From an uncultured bacterium (GTDB lineage Bacteria; Krumholzibacteriota; Krumholzibacteriia; Krumholzibacteriales; Krumholzibacteriaceae): 64,000 nucleotides of DNA. The stretch is taken from assembly GCA_964584495.1 (NCBI GenBank), contig CAZPAH010000002.1:17775-81774 (forward strand), read 5' to 3'. Shown one piece after another: positions 56,986-64,000 of the stretch (position 1 is its first letter; each line of letters opens with the position of its first letter). Position numbers and translations under genes: made by a program. Below the pieces are notes generated by a model, which was given only the letters and a program-made list of their open reading frames with translations, ran no database searches and was not told the DNA's origin.

Positions 56986-59481
56986 CTAGTCCTTCTTGAA
57001 CAGATCCTTGAGCTTGTCGGCCGCTCCCTTCTTCAGTCCGTCGATCAGTTTCTCGCCCGCCCTTGCCTTCGCCCTGCTCTGGTCGAGCCTTATCTTCGGC
57101 GACTTCGCCGTACCGCCGATATCGAAATCGAATACCAGGTTCCCCCCGTCGTCGCGGAAGAGATCCAGCAGGTCACGGTAGCCGTCAAGGTCTTTCATCC
57201 CCTTCTGGGCCGCGGGGGAAATCTTCAGGTTCGCCTTGTAAGCGAGTGTTCCGTCCAGACCGAAAGATCCAGAGATCGACCAATCGCCCGTCGACGACTT
57301 CAGCAGCCAGTCTTCGGTGCTGAATCTTCCCCCGCTTATCCTGTAGCTTCCCGTCCACTGATTGAATTTCACCTTCTTGAGACTCTCCAGCTTCATCCCC
57401 GAGGATTCGGCGAGGGGGGAGATGAATTCGGAAAGGTCGACCACTCCCCCGGAGGAAGACGCGTTGCCGGAGATATCCATCGACATAAGCGGGTCTATAC
57501 CGGGTCCCGTATCGACATCGCCGACTACCTTGAAGGAGAAGAGGCCGCTCACCGACGATCCCATCTTGTGAAGCGGGCGCAGCGCCTGCGAGGCCTCGAT
57601 ATTCTCGAACACTATATTGATCCGCGTGTTTATCCTCGCCACGTTCCTCAGGTTCGAATCGATCTTACCCCTACCCTTTCCGCCCGCAAAATCAATACCC
57701 ACCGGATAAGCGTTCAACATGCCGTCCCTGACGGCACCCTTGGCATTCAGCGAGGTGAAAACTGCCTTCCGGGTGATCACCGAATCGACCGCGACGGAGA
57801 AACCCGTCCGTTTAAGGAATGGGACGATCCCCGCGAGGGCCGGGGAGCTTTCCTTGGAAGCCGCTCCGGTTCCCTTCGCGCCTGACGGCGGCGCCTTGCC
57901 CTTTTCCCCTTCAGCTCCCTTTAATTCCTGGAACGGCCGCGCATCGAATGATCTCGCGCTAAGGTCGATATTTATATCGGGAACATTCCGTATCGAATCG
58001 ATGACCTTGGCGAGATCGACGCTCCGATCGCCGCCCCCGGCCGTGGCGGACAGTTCGGCGAGGCAGGGGAAAAGCCCTTTCATCGAGCCGGTCACCCGCC
58101 ACCGGTCGTGCCCCGCCAGGATCCCCGCCTCGATCTTGCTCACATCGCCCCCCGAGATCACGGCCGTCCCGTCGACCGAAAAGATCTTAAGAGGCCCGCC
58201 GGCGGTCTGGATACTGATACCGGTCGCCGTGAGTTTTCCCCCAAGCTCGAGATTTTTCCAGGCACCGGCGATAACGGCGGGATCCCTCTTGCCTTCGCCG
58301 GAGGGAAACAGGCCGGACAGAACGGGCAATGCCGCCTTCCCCTTGATCTCACCCTTGATTTTACCGGCAACCGTCGTCCCCTCGATTTTGAGGGACCTAG
58401 TCAGCGCCGCCACGTCCATATCGGCGCCGGCGTTGAAACCGAGACGTCCCGGTTTACGGTCGCCGCCGATCGGAAGATCGAACGAGACCCGGGCGGATAC
58501 TCCCTCGGAGGCGAGATCGATCCTCTCGCTCCTTATCCCGCCGGTCGAAAACTCGACCGCGCCTCCCGCCTTGACGGGAATCCGCATTTTCCCGGCCGTG
58601 GAGGAGACCTCGTTCAGCGCTAGGCTACCGTTCACCTTTATCCGCGAGATATTTTTCAGGGACCCTCCCGCCTCCACCCTAAAATCGATCGTCCCGCCGG
58701 TCGGATCGAACGGCACCGCATCGGCCAGTTTCTTGCCTTTTAGCTGCGGGAGAAAACGTTCCGGCTGGAGGGAAATCAACTTTCGATAAAGCTTCACGAC
58801 GTCGTTCCCGCTGCTTTCAACCGTTGCCGAGAAGACCCCCTCTCCACTCAAGCCTTCCAGCTTTCCCGCGACGGCCGCCTCGGCCAGTCCATCGACTTCC
58901 ACGGTGCAATCGGTGAGAGATAGATCCTCGAAACGGGGTCCGGCATCGAGGATGCCACTCAACGAAACCCTGCCCAACGCCAGTTTCTCCCCGGTAGAGG
59001 CCTTTTCCAGCTCGACCTCGCCCGCATCGAGCTTCACAACGGCGTGATAACCGTCGCCCGACGGTTCCATCGACATCCAAGCCTTTAAATCCCTGACCTG
59101 TGCGTTGATCCCCCGGCTAGGATCGATCACAACGACGACCCCGCCCTCGACCTCGACATTCTTGATGTCGGGGTGTTTCCTGATAAGGCTCCATAGCGAT
59201 ACGTTGATAACCAGCTTCCGGGAGGCGAAATCGATCCCGACCCCCGCGGGAAGCTTCTTCTCGAACGAAAGATCCCTTGCATCCACTCCGAATCCGAACG
59301 GAAATCGGACCCCGATATCGCCGATCTCGATTTTCGCGTCGACCGCCTTCTCGATCCTGGGGACTATCATAACCATGAGCCTCTCTCGCGTGAGGAACAA
59401 ACGGAGGACCACGCTCACGGCCAGAATAATGCCGGCGGCGACGCACAACGCTACAATCAGCTTCCTGCCCCTGCTTTTCAT
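56986..59481 (-). CDS. AsmA-family protein (large periplasm-spanning, TamB/AsmA-like)
   Basis: 831 aa. Single N-terminal TM anchor (LIVALCVAAGIILAVSVVL), then a long beta-rich Gly/Ser-rich body. C-terminal region with the AsmA-like pattern (WTGSYRISGGRFSTEDWLLKSSTGDWSISGSFGLDGTLAYKANLKIS). Confidence 0.65.
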   Translation of the reverse strand: MKSRGRKLIVALCVAAGIILAVSVVLRLFLTRERLMVMIVPRIEKAVDAKIEIGDIGVRFPFGFGVDARDLSFEKKLPAGVGIDFASRKLVINVSLWSLIRKHPDIKNVEVEGGVVVVIDPSRGINAQVRDLKAWMSMEPSGDGYHAVVKLDAGEVELEKASTGEKLALGRVSLSGILDAGPRFEDLSLTDCTVEVDGLAEAAVAGKLEGLSGEGVFSATVESSGNDVVKLYRKLISLQPERFLPQLKGKKLADAVPFDPTGGTIDFRVEAGGSLKNISRIKVNGSLALNEVSSTAGKMRIPVKAGGAVEFSTGGIRSERIDLASEGVSARVSFDLPIGGDRKPGRLGFNAGADMDVAALTRSLKIEGTTVAGKIKGEIKGKAALPVLSGLFPSGEGKRDPAVIAGAWKNLELGGKLTATGISIQTAGGPLKIFSVDGTAVISGGDVSKIEAGILAGHDRWRVTGSMKGLFPCLAELSATAGGGDRSVDLAKVIDSIRNVPDINIDLSARSFDARPFQELKGAEGEKGKAPPSGAKGTGAASKESSPALAGIVPFLKRTGFSVAVDSVITRKAVFTSLNAKGAVRDGMLNAYPVGIDFAGGKGRGKIDSNLRNVARINTRINIVFENIEASQALRPLHKMGSSVSGLFSFKVVGDVDTGPGIDPLMSMDISGNASSSGGVVDLSEFISPLAESSGMKLESLKKVKFNQWTGSYRISGGRFSTEDWLLKSSTGDWSISGSFGLDGTLAYKANLKISPAAQKGMKDLDGYRDLLDLFRDDGGNLVFDFDIGGTAKSPKIRLDQSRAKARAGEKLIDGLKKGAADKLKDLFKKD

Positions 59482-59599
59482 GATAAACCATCCTTATTTT
59501 TCGCGACCCTTCCACTCTATCTCAATCCCCCCGCAAATTCAACGCGATTGGTATGGCCGCCCCCTACGACGTGCCGGGGATCCTGTATAGACGGCCCAT

Positions 59600-59628
59600 T
59601 TGACAATAGCGAAAATAGTGCTTATCTT
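59600..59628 (+). promoter_or_regulatory. sigma-70-like promoter TTGACA-N17-TATCTT
   Basis: Perfect -35 hexamer and a 17-nt spacer before TATCTT, about 20 nt upstream of the ATG at 59650. Leader is short, so this is tentative. Confidence 0.3.
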
Positions 59629-59649
59629 TAAGTTAAAGCGATCAAGGGG

Positions 59650-60630
59650 GTGCATATCATGAATAAACCTAACGGTTCGTGCATAAGGGGCCGCCGGTCG
59701 GCGGTTGCACTTGTCCTCGGCGCATCCCTGCTTCTCGTCGCGGCGGGCTGCGGAGAGAATGAGGATACAGGCATCACTTCAACGGGGAACGGTCCGGCGG
59801 GGTCCCTCGTAAGCACGACGGGGTGCAAGACACACTCGGCGATTTTGTCTTTTTACGCAGGCGAGACGCCCCAGGAGTGTTTCCAATACGAGTACTCCAC
59901 CCGGCGTCTGAAAATCGATCATATCAACCTCTGCCTCAACTGCTGCCCGGGAACGATCGAGGGTACCGTTACGATAGAGGGTGACACGATAAGGATCAAA
60001 GGATCTGAGGAAGAAGGATCCGCGCCATGCAGATGCCTCTGTCTCTATGACATCGAATACGAGATATCCGATCTGGATCCGGGAACCTGGACGATCCTCT
60101 TCGAGGGCGATTATGTCGAAAGCCCCAACGAGATTCTAGTTGCCACGGTCGACCTCGCCGAAGGAGCCGGCGGAGAACGCTGCGTTCCAAGGGAGGGATA
60201 CCCATGGGACTTGCAGGGAGAAGAGCCTTACGGCACCCTGACCGGCCACGGCACCTGCAAGGAGGATCTGCTATCACCCGAGGGCGGAGATTCGCCGGTC
60301 AACGAGGCATGCGCTTTCTACGGCTACGAAGGGAACATTCTTCTCATAGAGAGGACGAACCTGCGGCTCAATTGCTGCCAGGACATGATCTACGCATCGA
60401 TAGTCTTCCAGGGGCATGATATAACGATCACCGAGAGCGAGGATCCCCGGGGCGGACTCTGCGACTGCGTCTGCTTCTACGATATGTACTACACCCTGAG
60501 GAATGTCGAGCCGGGCGTCTACACGATCAGGTTCGTCGAGCCATACCTGGGGCAGAACGAGCCGCCTCTCGAGATGACGGTCGACCTTACCACGATCCCT
60601 TCCGGGGAACACTGCGTTCTAAGGTACTGA
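59650..60630 (+). CDS. lipoprotein composed of a tandem duplicated 7-Cys domain (uncharacterised)
   Basis: Signal peptide with lipobox LVAAGCG. Two about 110-aa repeats share GxCK...Y.Y...L.I...NL.LNCC...G..I.I..SE....G.C.C.C.YD..Y......PG.YTI.F.E.Y. The repeats begin TGCKTHSAILSF... and HGTCKEDLLSPE.... Confidence 0.55.
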   Translation: MHIMNKPNGSCIRGRRSAVALVLGASLLLVAAGCGENEDTGITSTGNGPAGSLVSTTGCKTHSAILSFYAGETPQECFQYEYSTRRLKIDHINLCLNCCPGTIEGTVTIEGDTIRIKGSEEEGSAPCRCLCLYDIEYEISDLDPGTWTILFEGDYVESPNEILVATVDLAEGAGGERCVPREGYPWDLQGEEPYGTLTGHGTCKEDLLSPEGGDSPVNEACAFYGYEGNILLIERTNLRLNCCQDMIYASIVFQGHDITITESEDPRGGLCDCVCFYDMYYTLRNVEPGVYTIRFVEPYLGQNEPPLEMTVDLTTIPSGEHCVLRY

Positions 60631-60646
60631 TTTTTTCCGCTTCCGG

Positions 60647-61522
60647 TCAAAACGTCGCTGCGCTGCTCTCGTTGCTCTTTATCACCCCTCGTTCGACCGA
60701 AAACAGGGTATTGGCTGCGGCTATGCGCCCCATGATCTCCAGGGAAAGATTCAGATAATCTTCCATCCCGTAGCTCTTCGGGCGGTAGCTGAATATGTCT
60801 TTCCCGTAACGCGGCGACTCTGCCAGGGCGATATTTTCCCTTATCATCGTGTCGAGAAGGAGCGGGCCGTAACGCTCCCTCAAGGCCTGCACAACGGTGC
60901 GGCTCAGCACCTTCCTCCCGTCGTACCGCGTTGCTATAAGGCCGCCGATAACGAGATCCTCGTTCAGCTCGACCATTATCGATTCTATCTTTGTTATCAG
61001 ATCCTCCAGGCTCCTTATGGCCAGGTATTCCGTCTGCACCGGAATGAAGACCTTCCTGGCGGCCGCAAGAGCGTTTATCGATACGAGCCCGAGGCTGGGG
61101 GGGCAATCGAATAGTATGTAATCGAAATCGTCCCTTACCCTGGAAATCGCGTTTTTAAGCAGGAATTCCCTGTCGCCCGTGTTGGCGAAGGCGGTCTCCG
61201 CCTCGGCGAATTCCAGTGTCGACGGTATCATCGAAATGGACAGCTGCGACTCGCTGCCGTTGATGCAGAGGCGCGCCCTCAACGGTTTCGCAATGATCGC
61301 ATCAGCCGGATGGATCGTGCCGCGCATCGCATCGTAGATCGTTTTTCCGACCTCGTTCCTCTCTATACCGAGAAAACTGGTAAGGTGCCCCTGTGGATCA
61401 AGATCGACTATGAGGACTTTCTTGCCCATGATAGCAAGCCCCGCCCCTACATTGACCACTGAGGTGGTCTTTCCAACCCCGCCTTTTTGATTAAGGAACG
61501 CCGCCGTCTCAGATCGGTGCAT
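60647..61522 (-). CDS. ParA/MinD-family P-loop ATPase (orphan; no parB adjacent)
   Basis: Deviant Walker A NQKGGVGKTTSVVNVGAGLA, Walker A-prime/B regions, ParA-like length, plus a roughly 40-aa C-terminal extension. Confidence 0.75.
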   Translation of the reverse strand: MHRSETAAFLNQKGGVGKTTSVVNVGAGLAIMGKKVLIVDLDPQGHLTSFLGIERNEVGKTIYDAMRGTIHPADAIIAKPLRARLCINGSESQLSISMIPSTLEFAEAETAFANTGDREFLLKNAISRVRDDFDYILFDCPPSLGLVSINALAAARKVFIPVQTEYLAIRSLEDLITKIESIMVELNEDLVIGGLIATRYDGRKVLSRTVVQALRERYGPLLLDTMIRENIALAESPRYGKDIFSYRPKSYGMEDYLNLSLEIMGRIAAANTLFSVERGVIKSNESSAATF

Positions 61523-61541
61523 CTTCCCTCCTTATTTGTAG

Positions 61542-61557
61542 TTGACTCGAGAGTCAA
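61542..61557. promoter_or_regulatory. 16-bp palindrome TTGACTC-GA-GAGTCAA about 20 nt upstream of the parA start
   Basis: Perfect 7-bp inverted arms with a 2-bp spacer, between the parA RBS (GGAGGG) and the upstream intergenic region. Candidate operator or partition-related site. Confidence 0.3.
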
Positions 61558-61646
61558 AGAATAACCGCCATCAGGACACTAAAGCGCGCATTCTCTCTCG
61601 ATCGGTCGATTTTTTCAACCATTTTCTTGCCTTTCCCCCCTCCAAT

Positions 61647-61688
61647 ATCAAAAAATCCCTCCGGGCGGCGCGTGGGTGTCGCCGCCCG
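61647..61688. terminator. strong GC-rich stem-loop flanked by A5 and T5 tracts (bidirectional intrinsic-terminator-like)
   Basis: AAAAAT-CCTCCGGGCGGC-gcgtgggtgtc-GCCGCCCGGAGG-ATTTTT: 12-bp perfect stem (extendable to 13) with an A-tract 5' and a T-tract 3'. Lies in the divergent intergenic region between parA (-) and the tricorn gene (+). Confidence 0.5.
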
Positions 61689-61799
61689 GAGGATTTTTAC
61701 AAAATTCTTGAAACTTATAAGCTCGTAATCAGTATTAATAGATACCGGTACGATTGTGTCTCCGAATTTAACGCCCTTTTCCCCGAAAGGAGCCTTCAT

Positions 61800-64000
61800 A
61801 TGGGCAAAAGAGTACTTCTTCTTTTTGTTCTTGCGGTTCTCGCGGCGCCGGGGATGGCATCCGCCACCGAGGAATGCCGCCTGATGCGCTATCCCGACAT
61901 ATACGGGAATTCGATAGTATTTTCCTACGGTGGAGACCTATGGACGGTTCCGGCGACCGGTGGAACCGCATCTATTTTGACATCTCATGCCGGCGGGGAG
62001 GTATTCGCCAAGTTCTCCCCCGATGGAAAGACCCTCGCTTTCTCGGCTTTATACGACGGCAACTTGGATGTTTTCACGATCCCCGCCGGAGGCGGCGTTC
62101 CCAAGAGGGTGACCTTCCATCCCAAGGCGGACTTCGTTCTCGACTGGCATCCCGATGGAAAGAAGATCCTCTATAGATCGACCAAGGACGCAAAGACGAA
62201 TCCCGGGCCCCGCTACAGGAGACTCTATACGGTCGAGGCGGACGGAGGCTACCCGGAACCTCTCCCTCTGTTCGAGGGGGAGCTCACCTCATATTCGCCC
62301 GACGGCAAGAAGATAGCTTACAACAGAATGTCACGCGAGTTCAGGACATGGAAGCGTTACAGGGGCGGCATGGCCCAGGATATATGGCTCTACGATCTCG
62401 ATAAAAATGAAGTCGAGAAGCTCACCACGTATGAGGGAACCGACGCATTCCCCATGTGGTACGGGGATAAGATCTACTTTATATCCGACCGGGAGAGGAC
62501 GATGAACATCTTCTGCATCGATCTCTCATCGCGTAAAATCCGTAAAATCACGAATCACAAGGAGTACGACGTCAAGTGGCCGAGCCTCGGTGACGGATCG
62601 ATAGTCTACGAGAACGGCGGGTATCTGTACGTCCTCGATCTCGCCTCGGAAAAGACGAAGAAGCTCGATGTAATCATCCCCAGCGAGCTCAACAACAGAC
62701 GTCCGCGGTACAGGGATGTCGCCAACTGGATCAGGTATTTCGATATTTCTGCCACGGGGAAACGAGCCGCCTTCGGAGCGCGGGGCGATGTTTTCACCGT
62801 GCCCGCGGAAAAAGGAGAGGTACGCAACCTCACCCAAACTCCAGGAATTCGCGAACGCAGCCCCGCATTTTCCCCGGACGGCAAGTGGGTTGCCTACCTC
62901 TCCGACAGATCGGGCGAGTACGAGCTCTACATGAAAAAACCGGACGGTACAGGTGAAGAGGTGAAGGTGACATCCGGTATGGGCGGATACCCGTTCGCCA
63001 TATCCTGGTCGCCGGACAGCAAGAAGATCATCTACCACGACCAGAGCTACTCGCTCTATTATGTCGATATCGACAAGAAGCAGATCAAAAAGATCGACAG
63101 CGAGGACTGGGGAGACATAACCGATTACTCCTGGTCTCCAGACAGCAGGTGGATCGCGTACGCAAAGAACGGCGACAACCGGTACGGGTCCATCTATCTC
63201 TATTCGCTCGACGAAGGGGAATCATACAAGGTAACGAGCGATCTCTTCAACGATTACGACCCCGTCTTCGATCCGGAAAGCAAGTATCTATATTTCATCT
63301 CCGACAGGACCGTGAATATGAGGTTCACCAACCTGGAGCTCGGTTGGGATTTCCCCGCCCCCGCGACCATATGCGTCGCCACACTTCTCGCCGAGACACC
63401 TTCTCCGCTGGCGCCCGAAAGCGACGAGATCGAGGTGAAGGCGGACGATACCAAGGATGATAAGGGAGACGCCGACAAGAAGGATGAGGAGAAGAAGGAC
63501 GAGACCGGCGACAAGGATAAGAAAGAGGATGAAAAAGAGAAAGAGGCGATGAAGATAGATATCGACGGGTTCGAGGGAAGGATAGTCTCCCTGCCCGTCG
63601 GTCCGGGCAACTATGTCGGCCTCTCCGCAGCCGAGGGAAAGGTTCTCTATTTTTCCATCCCGGAGGGGATGATTAGCAACAGCCCCCCTGATCTCTCGCA
63701 GTTCTCGCTGAATTATTTCGACATGAAGAAGAGGGAATCTAAAAAGATTATCGGCGGCATCAACGGTTACACCCTTTCCAGCAACGGAAGCAAGATCCTC
63801 TACGGAGCGATGGGCACCTACGGAATCATCGATGTCGCCCCCGGAAAGAACGTGGGTGACGGCAGGCTGAATGTCGACCTTGAGGTCAAGTGGGACCCTG
63901 AGGCCGAGTGGAGACAGATATTCTACGAGGCCTGGCGCATGGAGCGCGATTTCTTCTATGTCGGCAATATGCACGGGGTCGACTGGAATCAAATGAAAAG
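61800..64000 (+). CDS. tricorn protease homolog (S41 family), N-terminal beta-propeller region; partial, runs off the window end
   Basis: Not in the ORF track because no stop occurs before the window end. Reading from the ATG at about 61800 gives signal peptide MGKRVLLLFVLAVLAAPGMASA, then RYPDIYGNSIVFSYGGDLWTVP...WKRYRGGMAQDIWLYDL...GDKIYFISDRERTMNIFCID..., the characteristic tricorn propeller-1 pattern, continuing open to 64000. Only antisense ORFs appear in this stretch. Confidence 0.7.
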   Translation, partial: MGKRVLLLFVLAVLAAPGMASATEECRLMRYPDIYGNSIVFSYGGDLWTVPATGGTASILTSHAGGEVFAKFSPDGKTLAFSALYDGNLDVFTIPAGGGVPKRVTFHPKADFVLDWHPDGKKILYRSTKDAKTNPGPRYRRLYTVEADGGYPEPLPLFEGELTSYSPDGKKIAYNRMSREFRTWKRYRGGMAQDIWLYDLDKNEVEKLTTYEGTDAFPMWYGDKIYFISDRERTMNIFCIDLSSRKIRKITNHKEYDVKWPSLGDGSIVYENGGYLYVLDLASEKTKKLDVIIPSELNNRRPRYRDVANWIRYFDISATGKRAAFGARGDVFTVPAEKGEVRNLTQTPGIRERSPAFSPDGKWVAYLSDRSGEYELYMKKPDGTGEEVKVTSGMGGYPFAISWSPDSKKIIYHDQSYSLYYVDIDKKQIKKIDSEDWGDITDYSWSPDSRWIAYAKNGDNRYGSIYLYSLDEGESYKVTSDLFNDYDPVFDPESKYLYFISDRTVNMRFTNLELGWDFPAPATICVATLLAETPSPLAPESDEIEVKADDTKDDKGDADKKDEEKKDETGDKDKKEDEKEKEAMKIDIDGFEGRIVSLPVGPGNYVGLSAAEGKVLYFSIPEGMISNSPPDLSQFSLNYFDMKKRESKKIIGGINGYTLSSNGSKILYGAMGTYGIIDVAPGKNVGDGRLNVDLEVKWDPEAEWRQIFYEAWRMERDFFYVGNMHGVDWNQMK

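Noticed and set aside
61554-61799. 81-aa minus-strand ORF upstream of parA
   Set aside because: It spans a strong terminator-like hairpin, has no RBS distinct from the tricorn start (shared CATATG), and no recognisable fold. More likely non-coding regulatory DNA or sRNA; kept as a finding rather than a CDS.
1-64000. Mobile elements, CRISPR arrays, tRNA or rRNA genes
   Set aside because: I scanned intergenic regions and long ORFs. There are no transposase, integrase or Cas-like proteins, no regularly spaced direct repeats, and no tRNA-like cloverleaf candidates (T-loop GTTCGAATC-type) in the non-coding gaps.

Overview
This is a 64 kb, high-GC (roughly 60%), densely coding bacterial chromosomal segment. 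Gene content (outer-membrane beta-barrels, AsmA, LolA-like lipoprotein, Wzy/Wzz, rubrerythrin/rubredoxin/PerR) suggests a diderm, anaerobic or microaerophilic organism; its taxonomy cannot be placed from sequence alone. I saw no rRNA, tRNA, CRISPR array, transposase or integrase.

Main content:
- Scattered glycan/envelope genes: Wzy- and Wzz-like proteins, four GT4 glycosyltransferases, a Wzx-like flippase, a polysaccharide deacetylase, an AsnB-type amidotransferase pair, a GT39/ArnT-like transferase with TPR repeats, PAP2, and an IPCT/DIPPS-like cytidylyltransferase + CDP-alcohol phosphatidyltransferase pair.
- A PerR-led oxidative-stress operon: flavin reductase-rubredoxin fusion, a PP2C phosphatase fused to a ferritin-like half-domain, rubrerythrin-like proteins and rubredoxin.
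- Transporters: AbgT, ClC, MFS, OPT, DASS.
- Proteases: M50-CBS, HtpX with LemA, S9, M29-like, and a partial tricorn homolog.
- Also PanD, an RluA-family synthase and an orphan ParA.

The most unusual unit is a tightly coupled four-gene operon at 30547..34263. It encodes an SPFH/band-7 protein ending in three tandem zinc ribbons, followed by three proteins that each begin with one CxxC-x14-CxxC zinc ribbon; two of these are paralogous membrane-anchored proteins. It is preceded by a perfect sigma-54 promoter consensus (TGGCAC-N5-TTGCA) and followed by a terminator. A second perfect sigma-54 consensus precedes an Ig-like lipoprotein gene that has its own terminator. No enhancer-binding protein is in the window.

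Other points of note:
- A lipoprotein built from a tandem duplicated 7-cysteine domain.
- Palindromic operator-like sites upstream of perR, usp and parA.
- A textbook bidirectional terminator hairpin inside a divergent intergenic region.
- A K/D/E-rich homopurine insertion in the tricorn gene.
- Many long antisense ORFs in the six-frame track that are GC artefacts.

My hand-counted coordinates may be off by about 1 nt in places; ORF coordinates follow the supplied track.
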